Positions 18,364 through 27,379 of a stretch of DNA of 64,000 bases are shown here, in pieces (position 1 is the stretch's first letter; each line of letters opens with the position of its first letter). The notes under the pieces are model-generated. The model saw nothing but the letters and a program-made list of their open reading frames with translations. It did not search any database and was not told where the DNA came from. The DNA is from Gemmatimonadales bacterium. Its GTDB lineage: Bacteria; Gemmatimonadota; Gemmatimonadetes; Gemmatimonadales; GWC2-71-9. The stretch is from positions 1-64,000 of the forward strand of contig JBFJCP010000002.1 of NCBI GenBank assembly GCA_041615815.1, in the 5' to 3' direction. A program made the translations under genes and the position numbers.

Positions 18364-21045
18364 GTGTCATCACCCACGTCCACACCACTATCGAGGCCAA
18401 CCAGGTGGCTCGCCACCACCTTGGTCAGCCTTCTGGGGGTGACCCTCTGCGGGGTCATCACCCCGGCAGTAGGCCAACAGTCCAGACAGGGATTGGTCAG
18501 CACCAACCCCGCCACGGTGGCGGTAGCCATCCGTGCTCAACCCGAGGCACCCAAGGTGGACGGGCATCTGGACGACGAGGCGTGGCAGACCGCGCCGATC
18601 ATCAGTGACTTCGTCCAGCGGGATCCCAACGAGGGCGAGCCAGGCTCGGAGCGCACCGAGGCTCGCGTCATCTATACCGACAACGCCCTCTTTGTTGGCA
18701 TCCGCGCGTTCGACTCGCGAGCAAGTCAGATCTCGGCGCACCTCACGCGGCGTGACGAATCGTCGCCGTCCGACTGGCTCAGCGTGATGATCGATTCATA
18801 CTACGACCGCCGGACCGCATTCGAGTTTTCGGTCAACCCGGCGGGTGTGAAACGGGACACGTATCGCTTTGACGACACCAACGACGACGAGTCGTGGGAC
18901 GCGGTGTGGGATGTGGCAACGAGCCGCGATAGCGAGGGCTGGACGGCCGAGTTTCGTATTCCATTCAGCCAATTGCGTTTCGGCAAGGCAGACAGCCAGC
19001 AGTTCGGGTTCAACCTCTACCGGCGCATCAACCGGCTCGCCGAGGAACAGTATTGGCAGCTGCTGCCCAAGAACGAGTCGGGCGTGGTGTCCAAGTTCGG
19101 CGATCTCGTGGGGATCGAGGGCATCGACCCGCCTCGTCGGATCGAGGTCATGCCCTACGTCTCGTCCACGAGTGCCTTTACCCCGGAGGAACAGGGCAAC
19201 CCCTTCCGGACTGGGACCGACCAAAACGCGACGGTGGGCGCCGACTTCAATATCGGGATCACGTCGAGTCTCACGCTTTCGGCCACTGTGAATCCCGACT
19301 TCGGCCAGGTGGAAGCGGACCCGGCCGTGGTCAACCTCAGCGCCTTCGAAACGTTCTTCCCCGAGAAGCGGCCGTTCTTCAAGGAGGGGATCGACGTTTT
19401 CCGGTTCAGCATCAACGGCCAGGAACAGCTGTTCTACACCCGTCGCGTGGGGCGGGCACCGCAGGGAAGCGCGGATCCGCGGGGCGGCTACGCCGAGACG
19501 CTTGATCATACGACAATCTTGGGTGCCGCCAAACTGTCAGGGAAGACGGCGGACGGGTGGACGATGGGCTTCTCCGGTGCCCTGACGGCTTCGGAACGCG
19601 CCCGGGTGGTGGATTCCACCGGGGCACAGTTTGGGGACATCGTGGAGCCGCGCTCCACCTACATGGTGGGACGGCTCTCTCGTGACTTCCGAGGTGGGTT
19701 TACGCAGCTCGGGGTGTTCGGCACAGCGACGAACCGCTCACTGCCGGCGAATCTCTCCCACCTCCGGAGCGCCGCGTACACCGGTGGGCTCAACTGGAGC
19801 CATCGCTTTCGCAACGACACCTACTCCCTCGAGGGTTATGTCGTGGGAAGCCACGTACGCGGTTCCGAGGAGGCCATCGAGAACACCCAGCTCTCCTCGG
19901 CGCGGTACTACCAACGACCCGACGCCGACTACGTGACCTTCGATCCCACCCGCACCTCGCTCACCGGATACGGTGGTGAGCTCGTGTTCCGCCGCCAGAA
20001 GGGTAGTTGGCGCGGCGGCGCGGGGTTCAACACGCGCTCCCCGGGCCTGGAGCTGAACGACCTGGGTTTCCAGCGCCAGGCGGACCGTCACATGCAGTGG
20101 CTTTGGGTCCAGCGCCGCTGGCTCGAGCCTGGCACGGTGTTCCGGCAGTTCAACATGAACGTGAACCAATGGTCCGCATGGACTTACGGTTGGGACCGCC
20201 GTTCCATCGGCGTGAACCTCAATGGCTGGTACCAGCTGGCCAATTACTGGGGCGGCTGGTGGGGAATGGAGCGCAGCTTCAATGGGCTGGCGACGGACGG
20301 CACACGGGGGGGACCTGCGCTGCTCCGGCCGGGCGGGTGGAACGGATGGGGCGGCATCGAGAGCGACGACCGCAAGTCAGTGCGTGGCAGCGTCGGCGGA
20401 TGGTTCTTCATTCAAGACGACACCGATAGCTGGGGCAACGGCCTGTTTGCCAACCTATCGGTTCGGCCGGCGTCGAACCTCGATTTCCGGATCGGGCCCG
20501 AGCTGTTCCGACAGCTGGATACCTGGCAGTATTTGCAGACCGAGGACGTGTTGGGTGCCACACGCTACGTGTTCGGTGAGCTGAAGCAAACCACGCTGAG
20601 CATGACATTCCGTGGCAATGTGACCTTCACGCCCGACCTCTCGCTGCAGCTGTACGCCGAGCCGTTCGTGTCGACGGGTGACTACCGGGGCTTTCGCGAG
20701 GTCGCCGATCCGCGAGCGGACACGTTCAGCAATCGGTTCAACGATTACGCCACGGACCAGCTGCTGGTCAACGAGGATGGCGAGATCTCGGTGGATCTCG
20801 ATCGCGATGGAACAGGGGAGTTCGACGTCGGGAATCCCGACTTCACGTTCCTCTCGTTCCGTTCAAACTTCGTCTTGCGGTGGGAGTACAAGCTGGGCTC
20901 CACGATCTTCTTCGTGTGGCAGCACAACCGAAGCGACTTCAATACCAGCAACCGATTCCGGATCGGGGATAGCTTCGGGGACATCTTCCGGGCCCCGTCC
21001 GAGAACACGTTCGTGGTGAAGGTCAATTATTGGTTGAGTCTATGA
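18364..21045 (+). CDS. DUF5916 / CBM9-like outer-membrane protein
   Basis: VDGHLDDEAW, GWTAEFRIPFSQLRF, TVNPDFGQVEADP, EKRPFF, terminal VVKVNYWL. Confidence 0.85.
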   Translation: MSSPTSTPLSRPTRWLATTLVSLLGVTLCGVITPAVGQQSRQGLVSTNPATVAVAIRAQPEAPKVDGHLDDEAWQTAPIISDFVQRDPNEGEPGSERTEARVIYTDNALFVGIRAFDSRASQISAHLTRRDESSPSDWLSVMIDSYYDRRTAFEFSVNPAGVKRDTYRFDDTNDDESWDAVWDVATSRDSEGWTAEFRIPFSQLRFGKADSQQFGFNLYRRINRLAEEQYWQLLPKNESGVVSKFGDLVGIEGIDPPRRIEVMPYVSSTSAFTPEEQGNPFRTGTDQNATVGADFNIGITSSLTLSATVNPDFGQVEADPAVVNLSAFETFFPEKRPFFKEGIDVFRFSINGQEQLFYTRRVGRAPQGSADPRGGYAETLDHTTILGAAKLSGKTADGWTMGFSGALTASERARVVDSTGAQFGDIVEPRSTYMVGRLSRDFRGGFTQLGVFGTATNRSLPANLSHLRSAAYTGGLNWSHRFRNDTYSLEGYVVGSHVRGSEEAIENTQLSSARYYQRPDADYVTFDPTRTSLTGYGGELVFRRQKGSWRGGAGFNTRSPGLELNDLGFQRQADRHMQWLWVQRRWLEPGTVFRQFNMNVNQWSAWTYGWDRRSIGVNLNGWYQLANYWGGWWGMERSFNGLATDGTRGGPALLRPGGWNGWGGIESDDRKSVRGSVGGWFFIQDDTDSWGNGLFANLSVRPASNLDFRIGPELFRQLDTWQYLQTEDVLGATRYVFGELKQTTLSMTFRGNVTFTPDLSLQLYAEPFVSTGDYRGFREVADPRADTFSNRFNDYATDQLLVNEDGEISVDLDRDGTGEFDVGNPDFTFLSFRSNFVLRWEYKLGSTIFFVWQHNRSDFNTSNRFRIGDSFGDIFRAPSENTFVVKVNYWLSL

Positions 21046-21112
21046 TCGTTGGCAACGGATAGGCGGGCGCGAGAGCGGCAGGGCGAGAGGGGAAAGTGGT
21101 AACAGATCGCGA

Positions 21113-21142
21113 GGGGAGGTCCACAGCGGGCCTCCCTTTTTT
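21113..21142 (+). terminator. Rho-independent terminator
   Basis: GGGAGGTCC-ACAGC-GGGCCTCCC-TTTTTT. Confidence 0.85.
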
Positions 21143-21256
21143 CGTTCGTGGTCATCTCCGCTCATCATGCCCCCTTAGGCGGTCAACAGATCCGGCCTGG
21201 TTTCATTCCTCATTCAAAACCGCGATCATATGACGAATGTCGGAGAGGGAGTTGAG

Positions 21257-22033
21257 ATGATTCTGCGCGTCCTGATCGTCGACGATGAACCGCTGGCCCG
21301 GGAGACGATCCGGGGATTCCTCAACGACGAGGCTGACATCGCCATCATAGGAGAATGTCGGAACGGTATTGAGGCCATCGAGATTATCCAGGAACAGCAC
21401 CCAGACGTGGTGTTCCTGGACGTCCAGATGCCCAAACTGGACGGGTTCGGGGTCCTCAAGGCGCTCGGCGACGATCTCCCCATCGTCATCCTCCTCACGG
21501 AATTCGACGAGAACACCTTGCAGCCCCTCCAGGAGCACGCTGTCGATTACCTCTTGAAGCCGCTCGAGCAAAACCGGTTTCGCACAGCGCTGAACCAGGC
21601 GCGTGGGCATGTACAACACGGCTCGATGGTGGAACCGATCCGACGACTCGCGGCACTGCTTCGCGACGTCAAGACCCACGATCGTGATCGCGAAGGCCTC
21701 ATGATCCAGTCCGGTGGCCGGGTCTTTCTGCTCGCCATCGAGGAGATCGACTGGATCGAGGCTGCCGAGAAGCACGTCAAGCTGCACGCGGGCGCCGATG
21801 ATCATCTGATCCCGGAGAAAATGGCGACGCTCGAGCAAGAGCTCGATCCCGGCAAATTCTGTCGGATTCACCATTCCGCGATCGTCAACACGGATCGGAT
21901 CGAGCAGATCCTGCCGGGGCTCGAAGGGGAAGGCATTCTGATCCTCAAAGACGGCACGAAGCTCCCGGTGAGCCCGAGCTATCGGGCCAAGCTGGAGCAG
22001 CGAGTGAGGAGGGGTCAGGACCAAGACCAATGA
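21257..22033 (+). CDS. LytTR-family response regulator (divergent, orphan)
   Basis: VDDEPLAR, FLDVQMP, DYLLKP receiver motifs; LytTR domain IDWIEAA..., FCRIHHS.IVN. Confidence 0.85.
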   Translation: MILRVLIVDDEPLARETIRGFLNDEADIAIIGECRNGIEAIEIIQEQHPDVVFLDVQMPKLDGFGVLKALGDDLPIVILLTEFDENTLQPLQEHAVDYLLKPLEQNRFRTALNQARGHVQHGSMVEPIRRLAALLRDVKTHDRDREGLMIQSGGRVFLLAIEEIDWIEAAEKHVKLHAGADDHLIPEKMATLEQELDPGKFCRIHHSAIVNTDRIEQILPGLEGEGILILKDGTKLPVSPSYRAKLEQRVRRGQDQDQ

Positions 22034-22134
22034 CCGCACCAACGCTCTCCACTCTCGCCACGAGAGACGATTCGCCTGTTCTGGGCCAACAGCCTTGCTC
22101 TCTGGTTGCTGGCCGCGATCGGGATGGGAACCAT

Positions 22135-22242
22135 CTCGTCATGACCGGATCTCTCGTGATTCCCATCCTCATCCATGCAGGGCTCGACCTCTTCATGATG
22201 GCCCTTGGCATCCGCCTGCTGAACGATTCGGCGGCGCCGTGA
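22135..22242 (+). pseudogene. Possible C-terminal remnant of a CPBP/CAAX protease
   Basis: TGSLVIPILIHAGLD resembles the final CPBP motif; rest absent. Confidence 0.4.
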
Positions 22243-22376
22243 TTCCTTTTACTTGCCCTTCGCTGCCCGTTCGATCGGCCCATCGGCCCGTCCAACAGAT
22301 CCGTTGAAACGAGCTTGGGGATTGAGTCGTAGAGTGACACCATACCCACCACCCGTCTGAGACCACGGATACGGCC

Positions 22377-22994
22377 GTGCTCGATACAATCTCACAGCTG
22401 ATCGAGCAGTCCGGTGCCTGGATGTACCTGCTGGCGCCCCTGTTCATGGTATTCGTGGCGATTCTCCCCATTCCCGCCGAAATACCGGCCATGCTGAACG
22501 GGATGATCTTCGGCACGATGGTGGGTGCGTTGATCACATGGGGTGGGGCGGTCGTCGGCGCGATCATCAGTTTCGAGCTGGCCTGCCGGTTTGGACGGCC
22601 GCTAGCCCGACGGCTCTTGTCTGAGCGGGCACTGGCCAAGACGGATCTGGTAGCGCTGTCTGCGGGGTGGCCGGGTCTCCTCGTTGCCCGCTTCATTCCG
22701 CTGATCGCTTTCACGGCCCTCAACTGGGGGGCCGGCCTGACGGCGATCCCGCGTTGGCGCTTTGCCTGGACGACGGCCCTCGGCATCATCCCGGGCGTGA
22801 TCCTTTTCACGGGCTCGGGCTCCGGCCTGGCGGCCTTTTACCGGCGCTACCCGCAGACGACACCAGTCCTGCTGGCGTCGCTCGGTGCCGTGGCGGTCTT
22901 TACGTGGTATCGCTATCGTCGACGGCGAACGCCTGCAGGTGTCACCAACGTCGCGGAAGCGATCGAGCAAGGGGCACAGACCGGGGAGCGGTAA
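22377..22994 (+). CDS. TVP38/TMEM64 (VTT/DedA) membrane protein
   Basis: PIPAE....NGMIFG, F.LACRFGR, ARFIPLIAF..LNWGAGLT, TALGIIPG. Confidence 0.88.
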   Translation: MLDTISQLIEQSGAWMYLLAPLFMVFVAILPIPAEIPAMLNGMIFGTMVGALITWGGAVVGAIISFELACRFGRPLARRLLSERALAKTDLVALSAGWPGLLVARFIPLIAFTALNWGAGLTAIPRWRFAWTTALGIIPGVILFTGSGSGLAAFYRRYPQTTPVLLASLGAVAVFTWYRYRRRRTPAGVTNVAEAIEQGAQTGER

Positions 22995-23004
22995 CCGCCG
23001 TGCC

Positions 23005-23940
23005 TCAATCGGCGCCAACCCACGCGCGGCGAATCACGTCGGTCAGGACCGCCACCATCAGCGGATCGTCGTTGGGCATCCGAGTCCGCACGACTTCTGC
23101 TCCCAATTCCTTCCCCATTCGTCGCGCCTCCACGTCCAGATCGTAGAGCACCTCGAGATGGTCCATGACGAACCCGATAGGCGCCAACAGCACGGACCGG
23201 TGCCCGGTGCCGATTAGCTGGGCGAGGACATGCCCCAACGCGGGTCCGAGCCACGGCATTTTTCCACCCCCGGCGCTCTGATAGGCGGCGCGCCACACCT
23301 TCAGCCCGCACCGTTTTGCCAGGGCCTTTGCCGTCGCCTCGAACTGCGCATGATAGGGATCGGACCCGTCCAGGATGCTGGCCGGGAGGCTGTGATTGGT
23401 GAAGATGACCGGCGTATGCTCGGGGAGGCGGCGATGCGCATCCAGAATCCGCCGCTGCCACATGTCCAGGAACAGCGGATGGAGGTGCCAGTCCGTGGCG
23501 AACCGCCACGTGAGAGGTCGGGACAGGGTCTGGTTCACTTCCTCGACGAGCCGCACGTAGCCCCCCGAGCTCATGCGGGATCGGAACGGCGCCAGTGGCA
23601 CGCCAACCCCGTGTGTGAAGCCGTCTTCCGCCAGGTGCTGCACCTTGTCCTCGATGTAGGGCGGCGAGTGCTTCATGGCCATGGTCACGCGGAACTGGCG
23701 TGGGAACGCCAAATCGAGCGCCCGCTGCGTCGCGGTCACCATCCGCGCCGTGATGTCGTACAACGGCGATCCCCCCACCGCCTTGTAGCGGGCCTGGAGG
23801 TGACGCACATCCTCTTCCTTGGGAGAGGCGCTTCGATAGTACTGCAGGATATGCGTCAGGTACCGTTCCACGTCCTCCTGAGTGGGGGACGGGACGCTCC
23901 CGTAGGCCATGATCAGGACGGCGCTCCGCGACCTGGGCAT
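23005..23940 (-). CDS. hemH: Ferrochelatase (CpfC/HemH-like)
   Basis: MAYGS, RYKAVGGSPL, MKH.PPYIE, FTNHSLP, YQSAG...PWLGP, PIGFVMDHLEVLYDLD. Confidence 0.92.
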   Translation of the reverse strand: MPRSRSAVLIMAYGSVPSPTQEDVERYLTHILQYYRSASPKEEDVRHLQARYKAVGGSPLYDITARMVTATQRALDLAFPRQFRVTMAMKHSPPYIEDKVQHLAEDGFTHGVGVPLAPFRSRMSSGGYVRLVEEVNQTLSRPLTWRFATDWHLHPLFLDMWQRRILDAHRRLPEHTPVIFTNHSLPASILDGSDPYHAQFEATAKALAKRCGLKVWRAAYQSAGGGKMPWLGPALGHVLAQLIGTGHRSVLLAPIGFVMDHLEVLYDLDVEARRMGKELGAEVVRTRMPNDDPLMVAVLTDVIRRAWVGAD

Positions 23941-24106
23941 GTCGAGAAGTTAATACCGCAGGGTGCGATCGGAGCCGGCGGGAACTCTTGGAGTGCCTCG
24001 GCGCGTTTGTTAGCCGCACGGTCACCAGCCGCTGGACCCACGAGCGTCTGGTCAATAACGTAAGACCGGTCCCCTCTCTCCTCCCATGACGGTGGGAGCT
24101 CGACCC

Positions 24107-26584
24107 ATGGACACGGCTTTGGAATACCGCACGCCCCTCTTCCTTCCGGAGCTCCACCTGTTCTCGGATGACGACATCTGGTTCGGCGTGGACCCGGCGG
24201 CCCCCAACTGGGTGGCCGTGGATCAGCGGGGACACCAGCTCATGACCACCATACTCGCCCAACCAGGCATCGCCTTTGGTGACCTCGTGGCGCGGCACGC
24301 GGGACGGTGGACGCTCGAGGCCGGAAAGGCGTGGGTGGACGTCCACGATTTTCTCCACGCCTTGGCGCGCAGCGGCCTCCTCCAGACCGCCCCTCCCACG
24401 GGGCGCCCTTATCCGGGTCGGTCAGCCCTCATCCAGCCGGACGGGCTCCGCGAGTTGTGGGTCCAAGTCAACAACGCGTGCAATCTGTCATGTACGCACT
24501 GTCTCGTGTCTTCGGGCCCCGGCAAGGAACCCGGTCTGCCACCCGAACGGCTGCGGCGGATCGTAGACAGGGCGGCCGAGTTGGGACTGGAACGCGTCTA
24601 CCTGACCGGCGGCGAACCGCTGCTGCGACGCGACCTGAGCGATTTGATCGCGCATCTCACCACGACCCACGGGGTCGAGACCATCGTCCTCACGAACGGT
24701 ACCATCCTTCAGGGGCGTATCAGGGATGGTATCCGCCAACTCGACCGCGACCTCGTGCGTTTTCAGGTTTCGGTGGACGGAGCATGCGCGGAGACGAGCG
24801 ATGCGATCCGCGGCCCCGGCACGTTTGCCAGCGCGGTGAGTGGAGCGCGGACGCTCGCCGCGCTGGGCTTCGAGGTTTCGCTCTCCACGGTGACCACGGA
24901 GGAGAATCTGCGGGAGTTATCGGAGCTCCCCGCCCTGGCGCAGACCGTGGGTGCCACCAGCCAGCATCTCATGTGGTCGCATCGGCGGGGCCGCGCGGCG
25001 GCGAGCGCCAACGGGTTCTTCCCCCACGTCGAGGCCCTTCTCGCGGCGGTCCTCGAAACCATCGATGCCGCGCATGCACAGCGCGTTCAGCTCGACAATC
25101 TGGAGTCGGTTCAGCGGCGTGTGAACGGTGTGCCGGGGATCAAGTACGATCTTGGTAACGGAGGATGGGATTCACTCTGCATCTTCGTGGACGGCCGTGT
25201 GTATCCCACCGCCGCCTTGGTGGGCGACCCACGCCTCCTATGCGGCGATACCGCGGAGGCGGACCTGGCCGACATCTTCGCCCACTCCCCGGTGATACGG
25301 TGGCTTCGGGAGGTTACGATTGCGCACAAGCCGTCTGTACGCGCCGACCCATTCCGCTTTCTCACCGGCGGGGGGGACTGGGAACATGCCTGGTGGGCCA
25401 CAGGCGACCCCTTGGGTGAGGATCCGTACTATCCGATCGCACAGGCCCTGGTCCGGCGAGTCATGACGACCCTCGGCAAGGAAAAACGGGTGCGGCACAA
25501 TCGGCGCTCCGGCTATGACGCGCCGCTCGTCCTCCACGCCATGGGAGAGGGCGCGATCGCATGTGGAACCGCTGACGGAGCGGCGGCCGAGCGCCCCGTG
25601 CTGACACTCCATTCCAACTGTGTGTTGTCGTTCGACGTGGACAAGCCTCGCGCCAAGGTCCGCGAGTTTTACGGTGAAGCCGCCGAAACGCCACAGGCCG
25701 CGCTGTGTTGCCCCACGGGATACGATCCGTCGACGGTGGACCACATTCCGCAGGATGTCTTGGACCGCTTCTATGGATGTGGTTCTCCCATCACGAGCGC
25801 CGCGGTACAGCCGGGCGAGACCGTGGTGGACCTCGGCTCCGGTGCGGGCATCGATGTGTTCATCGCCGCCAAGCTCGTGGGCCCAGCGGGGAAGGCCATC
25901 GGTATCGACATGACGGACCGCATGCTCGAGGTGGCACGGGCAAACCAACCGCACGTGGCTGCGGCCCTGGGATATGATGTCGTGGAATTCCGAGAGGGAT
26001 TCCTCGAAGCGATTCCAGTCGCGTCCCGGTCAGCGGACGTGGTCACGTCCAACTGCGTCGTGAACCTCTCACCGGACAAGCCCCGTGTCTTCGAGGAGAT
26101 CTGGCGCATCCTGGCGGATCACGGGCGCATCGTCATCTCGGACATCGTCAGCGAAGTGGAGGTTCCGCCGCACCTCAAGGTGAATCCGCGACTGTGGGGA
26201 GAGTGTCTCGTCGGCGCGCTCACACAAGACGAGTTTCTCGCTCGTCTGGAACGAGCGGGCTTTTATGGACTCTCGATTCTCAAACGGACCTACTGGAAGG
26301 ATGTCGAAGGCTATCCGTTCTTCTCGCTGACGGTCCAAGGTCATAAGTTCGAAAAGACCGCGGGCTGTGTCTTTCGTGGACACCGGGCCGTCTATCTCGG
26401 CCCCGGAAAGGCTTTCATCGACGAGGAGGGACACCTCTTCCCGCGCAACGAGCCATACGAGGTCTGCACCGATACCGTTGCGAAGCTGCTCCGCCCACCA
26501 TATCGCGACATGTTCGCGGTCTTGGAACCGGGCGAGACCAGCACGAGCTACGCGTGCTGTGTGGACGGAGGGGATTGTTGTTAG
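24107..26584 (+). CDS. RRE/PqqD-like + radical SAM + degenerate SPASM + As(III) methyltransferase-like fusion protein
   Basis: CNLSCTHC, TGGEPLL, TNG, QVSVDG; MTase part FYGCGSP, VVDLGSGAGID, GIDMT, SNCVVNL, WGECL and an AS3MT-like C-terminal domain; GGGAG RBS before ATG 24107. Confidence 0.88.
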   Translation: MDTALEYRTPLFLPELHLFSDDDIWFGVDPAAPNWVAVDQRGHQLMTTILAQPGIAFGDLVARHAGRWTLEAGKAWVDVHDFLHALARSGLLQTAPPTGRPYPGRSALIQPDGLRELWVQVNNACNLSCTHCLVSSGPGKEPGLPPERLRRIVDRAAELGLERVYLTGGEPLLRRDLSDLIAHLTTTHGVETIVLTNGTILQGRIRDGIRQLDRDLVRFQVSVDGACAETSDAIRGPGTFASAVSGARTLAALGFEVSLSTVTTEENLRELSELPALAQTVGATSQHLMWSHRRGRAAASANGFFPHVEALLAAVLETIDAAHAQRVQLDNLESVQRRVNGVPGIKYDLGNGGWDSLCIFVDGRVYPTAALVGDPRLLCGDTAEADLADIFAHSPVIRWLREVTIAHKPSVRADPFRFLTGGGDWEHAWWATGDPLGEDPYYPIAQALVRRVMTTLGKEKRVRHNRRSGYDAPLVLHAMGEGAIACGTADGAAAERPVLTLHSNCVLSFDVDKPRAKVREFYGEAAETPQAALCCPTGYDPSTVDHIPQDVLDRFYGCGSPITSAAVQPGETVVDLGSGAGIDVFIAAKLVGPAGKAIGIDMTDRMLEVARANQPHVAAALGYDVVEFREGFLEAIPVASRSADVVTSNCVVNLSPDKPRVFEEIWRILADHGRIVISDIVSEVEVPPHLKVNPRLWGECLVGALTQDEFLARLERAGFYGLSILKRTYWKDVEGYPFFSLTVQGHKFEKTAGCVFRGHRAVYLGPGKAFIDEEGHLFPRNEPYEVCTDTVAKLLRPPYRDMFAVLEPGETSTSYACCVDGGDCC

Positions 26585-26605
26585 CTACATGCTAGGTGTG
26601 AGGTG

Positions 26606-27379
26606 TTAGTGGTTGACGTTGGCCCGGGGCGTGGCTCCGCCGTCTGAACGGTCCCGGTTGCGCCGCGTCCTCCCAACGACTTCCCGACCGATCGTATAGA
26701 GGATCGTGACACCCGCCCGTAGCGAGCCGACCACCGTGCCGCTGACCTTGGAGCGACCCCGTCGGCGTTTCCGGTATCGGCTGGGTACTTCCAGGATACG
26801 AAGCCCGGACCTCGCGGCCCGGATCTGCATTTCGACAGTCCAGCCAAAACCCGGAGCTTCCATCTCCAGCTTCCGGAGTGTCCCGAGTCGGGCAGCGCGG
26901 TAGGGGGCGAGGTCCGTGTATCGGAAACCCCACAGGGCGGCAATCAAGTGGCATGACAGCCAGTTGCCAAACCGCTGTGCAGCGGTGAGGGCGCCGGGCT
27001 CGGCTGCGGCGAGCGTCCGGCTCGCCAAAACGAGATCGGCATCGTCTCGGAGAATCGGCTCGACGAGCAAGAGCAGCATGCTCGGGTCGTCACTCCCGTC
27101 GGCGTCCAAGAAGACCGCGACGTCGGAGTCGGACGCGTCGCGCAGCCGCGCGAGCGCGGCCAGACAAGCGGCACCATACCCCACCCTGGGCTCCACGATC
27201 ACATGCGCACCACCCGCCTTGGCCACTGCGGCCGTCAAGTCGCTCGAGCCATTGTCCACCACGAGCACCCGCACGCCTGGACGTCGCGGAATGGCCCCCA
27301 ACACGACCGGGAGCGACGCCTCCTCGTCCCTGGCCGGGATGATCACATGAATCGCCGATCCTGCTGCACGTCGTGACAT
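26606..27379 (-). CDS. GT2 glycosyltransferase (polyprenol-phosphate sugar synthase-like)
   Basis: VIIPARDEE, VVDNGSSD.T, GYGAAC, FLDADGSD, FGWTVEM, SKVSG. Confidence 0.9.
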   Translation of the reverse strand: MSRRAAGSAIHVIIPARDEEASLPVVLGAIPRRPGVRVLVVDNGSSDLTAAVAKAGGAHVIVEPRVGYGAACLAALARLRDASDSDVAVFLDADGSDDPSMLLLLVEPILRDDADLVLASRTLAAAEPGALTAAQRFGNWLSCHLIAALWGFRYTDLAPYRAARLGTLRKLEMEAPGFGWTVEMQIRAARSGLRILEVPSRYRKRRRGRSKVSGTVVGSLRAGVTILYTIGREVVGRTRRNRDRSDGGATPRANVNH

